Origin: Oceanispirochaeta crateris
Lineage (GTDB): Bacteria; Spirochaetota; Spirochaetia; DSM-2461
Direction: 5' to 3'
DNA: 24,000 nucleotides
Assembly: GCF_008329965.1 (NCBI RefSeq)
Contig: NZ_CP036150.1
Coordinates: forward strand, 2,808,439-2,832,438
Numbering within the stretch: position 1 is the first letter of the stretch; each line of letters starts with the position of its first letter. The notes beneath the pieces were generated by a model. It was not told where the DNA came from and searched no databases. It was given only the letters and a program-made list of their open reading frames with translations. Below, in pieces: positions 8,120 through 15,464 of the stretch. Position numbers and translations under genes: made by a program.

Positions 8120-10519
8120 ATGAATGAATTATTAAATATACCCAAAGAACTTCCACTTGTTCCTATGAAAGGGTCCATACTCTTTCCTGAAGGTTTAAGT
8201 ACTGTCCGTATCAGCGGACTCAAAGAAGATGAAGCTGCTTTTGGAGACGAAAACCCCAATGGCCTCGCGGCGGCGGTTTCTCTCAAGAAAAATTTCGATC
8301 TCACAGAGATGGAAAAAGATGACTTTTTTACAGTTGGAACTCTTTCATTTATAGAAAATGCAGAACACAAGAACGGAGAACTTCACCTCAAACTCAGAGG
8401 AGTTCAGAGGATTAAGATCAATCATATTGAAAAAAGAAATAAACTCTTTTATGCACAGATAGAAACTCTGAACGACATTGATGATATGAATGTTAGTAGC
8501 AGGGAATCCATGCTGAAGGGTATGAAAGACCTGGCGAAAGACATTGCTTCCTATTTTGAAGGGACAGAAGCGGCTATCCAACAACTGGATATCATCCTTC
8601 ATCCAGGTCCTCTGATGTATAATATTATCCCTTACCTGAATATATCCCGGGCGGAAAAACAGGAATTACTGGAAATATCATCCCTGAAAGACCGTGGTCT
8701 AAAAGTTTTAGACTATATGGCAACACAAAAAGAATCGTTTAAACTCCAGGCGGAAATTGCCGGTAAAATGACCGAAAAAGCGAGCAAGAGCTACAGAGAG
8801 AATGTTCTGAGAGAACAACTCAAGGTCATACAGAAAGAACTGAACGAATCGGAAGATGAATCAGAAGAAGGTTTCAAAGCAAAAATTGACAAATCGGATA
8901 TGCCCGAAGAAGTCAGAAAAGTAGCCTTGAAAGAGCTTGAAAAATTGGAGCAGCAACCGCCCAACGGTCCTGAAACCAGGATCATCCAGAATTACCTCGA
9001 ACTATTGGTAGACCTTCCCTGGGCAAGTGAAGACTCGGGAGAGATTGATCTTAAAACAGCCAAAACCATTTTGGACCAACAGCATTATGGCCTGGAGAAA
9101 GTAAAAAAACGGATCATTCAACACCTGGCCGTAATGAAGTTAAAAGATGAGAAAAAAGGGTCGATCCTCCTTCTTGTAGGACCTCCAGGAACGGGTAAAA
9201 CAAGTCTTGGAAAAAGCATTGCCGAGGCTCTGAACAGAAAATACGTCAGAGCCAGCCTGGGCGGTATGAGAGACGAAGCCGAGATCAGGGGACACAGGCG
9301 TACATACATTGGAGCCCTCCCCGGAAGAATCATCCAGGGTATGAAAAAAGCCGGAACAAGAAATCCAGTATTTGTCCTAGACGAAGTGGACAAACTCATG
9401 CAGTCCTTTAGCGGAGACCCTGCGGGAGCCCTGCTGGAAGTCCTGGACCCCGAACAGAACAACAGTTTTTCAGACCATTACCTTGAAGTTCCCTATGATC
9501 TGTCTGACGTCTTTTTTGTGGCTACAGCGAATACAGTCGAGTCAATTCCAGCTCCTCTCCTTGATAGAATGGAAGTCATATCCCTCTCCGGGTACACAAA
9601 CCCTGAAAAATTTCACATTGGACAAAACCATTTGATCCCCTCCGTTTTAGAAGATCACGGCCTGTCCAAAGAGCAGGTAGTCATAGAAGAAGACGCCCTC
9701 ATGGAAGTCATTGAGAATTACACCCGAGAAGCCGGTGTGAGAGGTCTTAAGAGAAAAATAGCCCAGTTGGCGCGAGTCGTCTCAGAAAAGGTGGTATCCG
9801 AGGAATCGGATCTGCCTATCCATATTAAAAAAGAAGATGTGGATGAGTTCCTGGACAAGCAGAAAGTACGTCATGAGCAGATTGGAAAGATGAATCCTCC
9901 CGGTGTTGTGACTGGCATGGCCTGGACTCCCGTGGGAGGCGAAATCCTTTTTGTCGAATCTACGAATATGCCCGGGTCGGGGGGATTAACCATCACCGGC
10001 CAGCTGGGAGACGTTATGAAAGAATCAGCCAGAATATCACTGAGCCTGATCCGGTCACGCCTTTCACTGTACACCAGTCACTTTGCCTTCAAGGAACAGG
10101 ACATCCATATACATGTTCCATCCGGGGCAGTTCCAAAGGATGGTCCCTCTGCAGGAGTGACTCTTATGACATCCCTGGCTTCACTCATTACTGGAACACC
10201 TGTCAACCCCTCATTGGCCATGACAGGCGAAGTTACCCTGAGAGGAGCCGTGATGCCTGTTGGCGGTGTCAAAGAAAAAGTGCTGGCAGCACACAGAGCT
10301 GGTATCAGAAAAATCATCCTTCCAGCGGAAAATGTGAAGGACCTGGATGAACTTCCCAATGACATAAGAGAAGATTTAAAGGTTGTTCCGGCGGTTGACA
10401 TTAGAGACGTTCTCAGGGAAGCCCTGGGGCTGGAGGTACCCGATATTGAGAGAACTGAAAGCTTAAGGATTAACACTCCTGAATCGAAGGAAGGTACTGC
10501 GAAATCAGCTGAAGGTTGA
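8120..10519 (+). CDS. lon: ATP-dependent Lon protease (LonA type)
   Basis: The N-terminal LON substrate-binding domain is present, with Walker A GPPGTGKTS, Walker B VFVLDEVDK, catalytic Ser in PKDGPSAG and Lys in GGVKEKVLAAHRAG. I prefer the ATG at 8120 (MNELLNIPKELPLVPMKG...), which has AGAAGAGG 7 nt upstream, over the track start at 8081. Confidence 0.95.
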   Translation: MNELLNIPKELPLVPMKGSILFPEGLSTVRISGLKEDEAAFGDENPNGLAAAVSLKKNFDLTEMEKDDFFTVGTLSFIENAEHKNGELHLKLRGVQRIKINHIEKRNKLFYAQIETLNDIDDMNVSSRESMLKGMKDLAKDIASYFEGTEAAIQQLDIILHPGPLMYNIIPYLNISRAEKQELLEISSLKDRGLKVLDYMATQKESFKLQAEIAGKMTEKASKSYRENVLREQLKVIQKELNESEDESEEGFKAKIDKSDMPEEVRKVALKELEKLEQQPPNGPETRIIQNYLELLVDLPWASEDSGEIDLKTAKTILDQQHYGLEKVKKRIIQHLAVMKLKDEKKGSILLLVGPPGTGKTSLGKSIAEALNRKYVRASLGGMRDEAEIRGHRRTYIGALPGRIIQGMKKAGTRNPVFVLDEVDKLMQSFSGDPAGALLEVLDPEQNNSFSDHYLEVPYDLSDVFFVATANTVESIPAPLLDRMEVISLSGYTNPEKFHIGQNHLIPSVLEDHGLSKEQVVIEEDALMEVIENYTREAGVRGLKRKIAQLARVVSEKVVSEESDLPIHIKKEDVDEFLDKQKVRHEQIGKMNPPGVVTGMAWTPVGGEILFVESTNMPGSGGLTITGQLGDVMKESARISLSLIRSRLSLYTSHFAFKEQDIHIHVPSGAVPKDGPSAGVTLMTSLASLITGTPVNPSLAMTGEVTLRGAVMPVGGVKEKVLAAHRAGIRKIILPAENVKDLDELPNDIREDLKVVPAVDIRDVLREALGLEVPDIERTESLRINTPESKEGTAKSAEG

Positions 10520-10528
10520 TTTCATACG

Positions 10529-10557
10529 AAAAGGCCCGGTCTTCCGGGCCTTTTTTT
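10529..10557 (+). terminator. Rho-independent terminator of lon
   Basis: GGCCCGG (10533-10539), loop TCTT, CCGGGCC (10544-10550), followed by T7 (10551-10557). It begins about 10 nt after the lon stop. Confidence 0.9.
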
Positions 10558-10578
10558 ACGTTCAAAGACAAGAAACAA

Positions 10579-10611
10579 ACTTAACTTATACTTAACTTAT
10601 ACTTAACATTA
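10579..10611 (+). repeat. 11-bp tandem direct repeat (ACTTAACTTAT x2 plus the partial unit ACTTAACATTA) abutting a -35 box
   Basis: Read directly: units at 10579-10589, 10590-10600 and 10601-10611. CTTA recurs at 10580, 10585, 10591, 10596 and 10602. A further ACTTAAG lies at 10650-10656. Confidence 0.85.
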
Positions 10612-10640
10612 TTGACAAATAATTAAATAAGTTTAATTAT
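10612..10640 (+). promoter_or_regulatory. Candidate sigma70-type promoter of the XRE-cupin regulator gene
   Basis: TTGACA at 10612-10617, a 17-nt spacer, then AATTAT at 10635-10640. An alternative TATACT at 10638-10643 has a 20-nt spacer. Confidence 0.4.
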
Positions 10641-10657
10641 ACTGGTTCAACTTAAGT

Positions 10658-10667
10658 GTTAATTAAC
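10658..10667. promoter_or_regulatory. 10-bp perfect palindrome GTTAATTAAC between the candidate promoter and the SD of the XRE-cupin gene (candidate operator)
   Basis: Read directly. It lies 18 nt upstream of the ATG at 10686. The same 9-mer, TTAATTAAC, recurs at 13358-13366 and, on the reverse strand, at 17158-17166. Confidence 0.4.
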
Positions 10668-10685
10668 TACTCCCGGGAGCAATCC

Positions 10686-11258
10686 ATGGAACGTCCTGAG
10701 TACAGGTTCGGAGAGAAAATTAAAAAAGTCAGGGAAAGCCAATCGATAACTCTGAAGTATCTGGCTGAAGAAATGAAGGTCAGCGTCAGTCTGCTATCAC
10801 AGATTGAGAACAATAAGGTTTCCCCGTCTATAGATACACTCCTCGGCCTTGCTGACATCCTGGATATTGATCCGGAATATCTATTCAGGGATTTTAGAAA
10901 GAAAAGAAAAGTAAGGATTGTCCGGAGCAATGAAAGGAATCGCCTCTCTCTGGGATCTGTCCAGTATGAACTGCTCAATTCTCCCGTATCGCCGGATAAG
11001 GATCTGGCCCTGGAAACCCTCGAATTGACCATAGCACCCGGCGGTGAAAAAGGCAGCGACCAATACGGACATCCCGGCCATGAAATGGGGATAGTGCTCA
11101 GCGGCAAGGGCGAGTTGCAATATGGAACTGAAAGCTACAGCTTGAATGAAGGAGACAGTCTCTCTTTCTCTTCCGCCGTACCCCATAGATTGATAAACAG
11201 GGGAGATGACCCTTTTAAGGCCATTTGGATTATAACCCCACCCCGCTTATTCAGTTAA
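10686..11258 (+). CDS. XRE-family HTH transcriptional regulator with a C-terminal cupin domain (PuuR-like architecture)
   Basis: The HTH_3 pattern is present (FGEKIKKVRESQSITLKYLAEEMKVSVSLLSQIENNKVSPSIDTLLGLADIL), followed by a cupin beta-barrel (GHEMGIVLSGKGELQYG...GDSLSFSSAVPHRLIN). I chose the ATG at 10686, which has GGGAG 6 nt upstream. The track start at 10656 is a GTG with no SD. Confidence 0.85.
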   Translation: MERPEYRFGEKIKKVRESQSITLKYLAEEMKVSVSLLSQIENNKVSPSIDTLLGLADILDIDPEYLFRDFRKKRKVRIVRSNERNRLSLGSVQYELLNSPVSPDKDLALETLELTIAPGGEKGSDQYGHPGHEMGIVLSGKGELQYGTESYSLNEGDSLSFSSAVPHRLINRGDDPFKAIWIITPPRLFS

Positions 11259-11280
11259 CACAGACCTAAAGACAGCAGGA

Positions 11281-11297
11281 GTCTTCTAATAGAAGAC
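11281..11297. promoter_or_regulatory. 17-bp perfect palindrome GTCTTCTAATAGAAGAC between the regulator and the leuC-like gene
   Basis: Read directly: 8-bp arms around a central A. It lies 23 nt after the regulator stop and 47 nt before the leuC-like ATG. No U-tract follows, so it is not a canonical terminator. Confidence 0.45.
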
Positions 11298-11343
11298 ATT
11301 GGAATCCTTATATACCTAAATGAAGAATGAGAAGGAGCAAGAG

Positions 11344-12630
11344 ATGGGAAAAACCATTGCCGAAAAGATTTTTGACGCCCACAAGGTAGAAAGCCCTGAA
11401 GAAGGCATCTTCGTGCTGAACCTGGATAGGGTCTTCTGCCACGAAATTACAACACCCATAGCAATCAATGACCTGGTCAGTCGTGGAAAAGACAGAGTCT
11501 TTGATCCGGAAAAAATCAAGGCCGTCATAGACCATGTGACCCCTGCAAAAGATTCTAAAACGGCAGAACAGGGAAAGATCATGAGAGACTGGGCAGCCCG
11601 CCAGGGAATCAAGGATTTCTTTGATATTGGTCAAAATGGCGTTTGCCATGCTATTTTTCCTGAAAAAGGATTTGTCCGCCCTGGGTATACGGTGATTATG
11701 GGAGATTCCCATACCTGTACTCATGGAGCCTTTGGTGCCTTTGCCGCCGGAGTTGGAACAACAGACTTGGAAGTTGGAATTCTCAAAGGTGTCTGCAGTT
11801 TTAAGACTCCTGAATCCATCAGGATCAACGTCAGCGGCTCATTGAAACAGGGAGTTTATGCTAAAGACGTCATCCTTTACATCATTGGAAAAATTGGTGT
11901 CAATGGTGCCACCAACAAGGTCATTGAATTCACCGGACCTGTAATTGATCGTTTTTCAATGGAAGAGAGAATGACCATCTGCAACATGGCCGTGGAAGCC
12001 GGAGGAACCTGCGGCATCTGTACTCCCGATATGACAACAGTAAACTACCTCTGGAAATTCATCGAGGATGATTTTGACAGCAAAGAAGCGGCTTTAAAAG
12101 ACTATAGCCAATGGGCCTCCGACAGTGATGCCCATTACTCTGATGTAATTGAGCTGGATGTAACCGATCTTGAACCAGTTGCCACTTTCGGATATAAACC
12201 AGATCAAATTAAGACCATAGCCGAGATGGAAAAAACTCCGGTGGATCAGATCTACATAGGCAGTTGCACCAACGGAAGAATCGAAGACCTCAGAGTCGCT
12301 GCTGAAGTCCTAAGGGGTAAAAAAGTGTCTCCAAACGTAAGGGCTGTGCTGTCCCCGGCCACACCGGATATCTACAAAGAAGCCTTAAAAGAAGGTCTTA
12401 TTGAAATATTCATGGACGCCGGCGTCTGCCTGACAAACCCGACCTGCGGTGCCTGTTTGGGTATGAGTAATGGAGTTCTTGCAGACGGAGAAGTTTGTGC
12501 ATCCACAACCAACCGGAACTTTAACGGCCGCATGGGCAAGGGCGGAACTGTACACCTGATGAGCCCGGCTTCAGCTGCCGCAACCGCCATCAACGGTTAT
12601 ATCACAAATTCAGCACTGTACAAGGGGTGA
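11344..12630 (+). CDS. leuC: Aconitase-family hydro-lyase large subunit, 3-isopropylmalate dehydratase (LeuC) type
   Basis: Motifs GDSHT, NMAVEAGG, IGSCTNGR and NPTCGACLG provide the Fe-S cysteines. The approximately 428-aa length fits the short, archaeal-like LeuC type. I chose the ATG at 11344, which has GAAGGAG 6 nt upstream. The track start at 11320 is also possible. Confidence 0.85.
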   Translation: MGKTIAEKIFDAHKVESPEEGIFVLNLDRVFCHEITTPIAINDLVSRGKDRVFDPEKIKAVIDHVTPAKDSKTAEQGKIMRDWAARQGIKDFFDIGQNGVCHAIFPEKGFVRPGYTVIMGDSHTCTHGAFGAFAAGVGTTDLEVGILKGVCSFKTPESIRINVSGSLKQGVYAKDVILYIIGKIGVNGATNKVIEFTGPVIDRFSMEERMTICNMAVEAGGTCGICTPDMTTVNYLWKFIEDDFDSKEAALKDYSQWASDSDAHYSDVIELDVTDLEPVATFGYKPDQIKTIAEMEKTPVDQIYIGSCTNGRIEDLRVAAEVLRGKKVSPNVRAVLSPATPDIYKEALKEGLIEIFMDAGVCLTNPTCGACLGMSNGVLADGEVCASTTNRNFNGRMGKGGTVHLMSPASAAATAINGYITNSALYKG

Positions 12631-12635
12631 TCAAA

Positions 12636-13172
12636 ATGACAGAAAGAAAAGAGTTCAATGGAAAGGTTCTATTTCTGGACCGTTCAGACATCAATACAGA
12701 CGAAATCATTCCGGCGAAATACCTGACGGAAATCACAAAAGAAGCATTGAAACCCAATCTTTTGGAAGATTTGTCTTTGGACAATTTTGATCCCTCAAAA
12801 GACCTGGAGGAGAAACGCGTTATTATTACAAGAAGCAACTTTGGTTGTGGCTCCTCACGTGAACATGCTCCCTGGGCATTGGAAGTCAATGGAATAAACC
12901 TGGTGATCGCCGAAGATTTTGCCCGTATTTTCCGTCAAAACATGTACAACTGCGGAATGATGGCCGTAGAGCTACCGGCAAAAGAAATAGAGTCTCTCTT
13001 TGAAGACTTTTCAAAGGAAGAGACTACTTTGACAACCGATATGGAAAAGAATACCTTCACTTTGAAGTCATCTTCCGGAAAATCCAGGACCCTACCCTTC
13101 AATATTTCTGGATTTGATAGGACACTCGTGGAATACGGTGGCTGGGTCGGCTATGCCGACACAAACTATTAG
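12636..13172 (+). CDS. leuD: Aconitase-family hydro-lyase small subunit, LeuD type
   Basis: The swivel-domain motif GCGSSREHAPWAL is present, and the N-terminus reads DINTDEIIPAKYL. The ATG at 12636 has AAGGGG 8 nt upstream. The gene sits immediately after the leuC-like stop (12628-12630). Confidence 0.85.
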   Translation: MTERKEFNGKVLFLDRSDINTDEIIPAKYLTEITKEALKPNLLEDLSLDNFDPSKDLEEKRVIITRSNFGCGSSREHAPWALEVNGINLVIAEDFARIFRQNMYNCGMMAVELPAKEIESLFEDFSKEETTLTTDMEKNTFTLKSSSGKSRTLPFNISGFDRTLVEYGGWVGYADTNY

Positions 13173-13185
13173 ATCAAAAACGATG

Positions 13186-13216
13186 AGAAGAAAGCTCCTA
13201 TTGGGGGCTTTCTTCT
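13186..13216 (+). terminator. Stem-loop after the leuD-like gene (possible terminator, no U-tract)
   Basis: AGAAGAAAGC (13186-13195) pairs perfectly with GCTTTCTTCT (13207-13216) around an 11-nt loop. It is followed by ACAATTT rather than a T-run. Confidence 0.4.
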
Positions 13217-13395
13217 ACAATTTACGACCTCCTACCAAAGAAAAAAAGTCTAATCTTCTTTAAATTAAAACATTCTTTCACCAGTTAATCCCCAAATAAA
13301 TGATGGAATACCTACCATTACTCTCTGTTTAATGGATAAAATATTGGTTTTTATCTCTTAATTAACTGTTTAATCAATCAATTAGAAAAAAAACT

Positions 13396-13423
13396 TTGCC
13401 TCTGAACATTTCACCGCTACAAT
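13396..13423 (+). promoter_or_regulatory. Candidate promoter of the NCS2 permease gene
   Basis: TTGCCT (13396-13401), a 16-nt spacer, then TACAAT (13418-13423). AAGGAGG at 13451-13457 precedes the ATG at 13463. Confidence 0.4.
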
Positions 13424-13462
13424 GGGACAATATCTTTTATTCCAATCCAAAAGGAGGCATCC

Positions 13463-14860
13463 ATGAGTGATGCAACAAGAATCAAGGTCGATTTAATCTT
13501 CGGCCTCAATGACAGACCAAAGGCGGTACAGGCTTTTTTTGCGGCCCTGCAGCACATGATGGCCATATTTATCGGGATTGTAACCCCGGCAATTGTTATC
13601 AGCGGAGTCCTGGGTCTCAGCACGGCCATGTCTGCTTACCTGGTCAGCATGTCTCTCTTCGTTTCGGGCATAGCCACTTTTATCCAGTGCCGAAAATTCG
13701 GCCCCGTAGGTTCGGGACTACTCAGCATTCAGGGGACGAGTTTCACCTTCCTTTCCGTGTGTATCGGAATTGGATTTTCTGTAAAAAGTGCCGGAGGAAC
13801 CGAGGCTCAGATGGTAGCGGCTATATTCGGAACAGCGCTGCTCACCTCTCCTGTGGAGATGATTTTCAGTCGTTTCATTCCCTTTCTAAAAAAGATCATA
13901 ACTCCCCTTGTCAGCGGGATTGTGGTCACACTCATTGGGATGTCTCTCATAAAGGTTGGAATCACTGATATTGGAGGCGGAGCATGGCTTTTGGCAAACA
14001 AACCCGAATTCTTCGCCAGTCCTCAAAACCTGATACTTGCAGCCATTGTTTTAATCACCATCATTGTCTTCAACAGAAGTGCCAATAAATGGCTGAGAAT
14101 GGGAGCGATTGTGTTTGGTTTAATTATAGGTTATGTTGTGGCAGCCATCCTGGGACTCGTTCAATTTGAAAAGATATCGACCCTCTCCCTGGTATCTCTT
14201 CCCATCCCCTTCAAATATGGTTTTGCCATCAGCTGGGCTCATGTCATTCCCATGGCACTCCTCTTCTTGATAACAACAGTAGAATCCATTGGAGACCTGA
14301 CAGCCACATCCATGGTTTCAGGCGAACCTCTGGAAGGCGATACTTATATGAAACGCATTTCCGGCGGTGTTTTGGGTGATGGTATCAATTCTGCTCTAGC
14401 CGCCATTTTCAATTCATTCCCTAATACAACTTTCAGTCAGAATAATGGGGTCATCCAAATGACAGGTGTTGCCAGCCGATATATCGGCTTCTGGATTTCA
14501 GGCCTTCTTGTTCTCTTTGGGCTTTTCCCCATTGTAGGCGGTCTTTTCTCCATCATTCCCAGCTCTGTCCTGGGCGGGGCCACCATCATCATGTTTGGTA
14601 CTGTTGCCGCTTCCGGAATCAGAATCATAGCCTCCAGCATTATTGACAGGCGGGGTGTCATCATCATGTCCATAGCTTTCGGTCTTGGAATGGGAGTTGC
14701 ATTTGTCCCTGAAGTTCTTCAAAACTTCCCTCCCTTCCTCCAGTCTGTGTTTGGCTCTGCCATCACAACAGGTGGACTCACGGCTATCTTCCTGAATATT
14801 GTGCTTCCCAGAAGCTACAAAAAACAATCAGTAACAGATCCCATGCAGGACATGGTCTAA
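13463..14860 (+). CDS. Nucleobase:cation symporter-2 (NCS2/NAT) permease, xanthine/uric-acid type
   Basis: 465 aa and polytopic. The NAT signature QNNGVIQMTGVASR was read directly, and a Gln at its first position is characteristic of xanthine/urate-specific members such as XanQ and PbuX. A strong SD is present. Confidence 0.88.
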   Translation: MSDATRIKVDLIFGLNDRPKAVQAFFAALQHMMAIFIGIVTPAIVISGVLGLSTAMSAYLVSMSLFVSGIATFIQCRKFGPVGSGLLSIQGTSFTFLSVCIGIGFSVKSAGGTEAQMVAAIFGTALLTSPVEMIFSRFIPFLKKIITPLVSGIVVTLIGMSLIKVGITDIGGGAWLLANKPEFFASPQNLILAAIVLITIIVFNRSANKWLRMGAIVFGLIIGYVVAAILGLVQFEKISTLSLVSLPIPFKYGFAISWAHVIPMALLFLITTVESIGDLTATSMVSGEPLEGDTYMKRISGGVLGDGINSALAAIFNSFPNTTFSQNNGVIQMTGVASRYIGFWISGLLVLFGLFPIVGGLFSIIPSSVLGGATIIMFGTVAASGIRIIASSIIDRRGVIIMSIAFGLGMGVAFVPEVLQNFPPFLQSVFGSAITTGGLTAIFLNIVLPRSYKKQSVTDPMQDMV

Positions 14861-14882
14861 TCACTGAGTCATTTAAATCATC

Positions 14883-14905
14883 AGCCCGCCGAAGTCCGGC
14901 GGGCT
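14883..14905. terminator. Bidirectional rho-independent terminator between the convergent permease and protease genes
   Basis: AGCCCGCCG (14883-14891), loop AAGTC, CGGCGGGCT (14897-14905). A T-rich run (TCTTTATTGTTTT) follows on the + strand. The hairpin lies 22 nt after the permease stop and 3 nt after the minus-strand gene's stop. Confidence 0.85.
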
Positions 14906-14908
14906 TCT

Positions 14909-15427
14909 TTATTGTTTTGAACTTTGAAGATAGATTCCACTGACATCAACAAGGGCTCGTCCTTCGAGGACATTACGCCCGATAAGAAGAGGAAAGGTCA
15001 TAAGGCTTCTGTCTGTCAGTGTAAAATCAGCATCGACCCTTAAGTCTCCAATGACGACTGACAAAACAATAACCGGCCGTTCCTGGATGACAGAAGAACC
15101 AGCTTGCCGAATCCTGACAACAGACCTTAAAGGCATTTCAAGAAACCGGTCAACTCCATCTGGATTCAAATTAAACCGAACCCATTCATCACCGTTCCTT
15201 GAAAAACGGGTGATGTTTTCCCCATGAATAGAAGAGAGTTCCGCTCCCGTATCGACTCGGCCATCCAGAGTCAAACCGGAAGTTTTAATAAGAACCCGCT
15301 CTATTTGTCCAAGGATGACCATACTCTCGGAAGAGAGCTCCTCTCCTGAGACAGAGGCAAGCCCGGCAAGACATAGGGCAAGAGAAAAAATGCAAATAAA
15401 GTGACTGCCGAACCTCATAGCTTTCAT
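14909..15427 (-). CDS. Secreted retropepsin-like aspartic protease (Zn_protease / RimB-like family, PF05618-type)
   Basis: 172 aa. The N-terminus is signal-peptide-like (FICIFSLALCLAGLASVSG). The retropepsin signature DTGA occurs in GRVDTGAELSSIHG, and the C-terminal block FPLLIGRNVLEGRALVDV is typical of this family. Confidence 0.7.
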   Translation of the reverse strand: MKAMRFGSHFICIFSLALCLAGLASVSGEELSSESMVILGQIERVLIKTSGLTLDGRVDTGAELSSIHGENITRFSRNGDEWVRFNLNPDGVDRFLEMPLRSVVRIRQAGSSVIQERPVIVLSVVIGDLRVDADFTLTDRSLMTFPLLIGRNVLEGRALVDVSGIYLQSSKQ

Positions 15428-15464
15428 ATCATCTCTCAGCAGAAATCAAAACGCCATGAATCAT

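Noticed and set aside
8071-8370. A 99-aa minus-strand ORF spanning the lon start region, and the 60-aa ORF 4067..4249 spanning the phosphorylase start.
   Set aside because: Both run antisense or out of frame across a confident start region, with no domain signal. They were treated as spurious.
10667-11186. Two minus-strand ORFs (146 and 101 aa) antisense to the XRE-cupin gene.
   Set aside because: They are fully contained within a well-supported regulator gene, have no motifs and no SD, and their composition is typical of antisense frames.
13173-13462. A possible purine (guanine/xanthine) riboswitch upstream of the xanthine-type permease, and likewise in the hpt leader at 17142..17453.
   Set aside because: I looked for the conserved core (UAUAAU...GGAUAUGG...GUUUCUACC...CCGUAAA...ACUAUG) with P2/P3 pairing. 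Only scattered partial matches appear, for example GGATATTGG and GTTTACTA near 17263-17305, and they lack compatible helices. A covariance-model scan (Rfam RF00167) would be needed to settle this.
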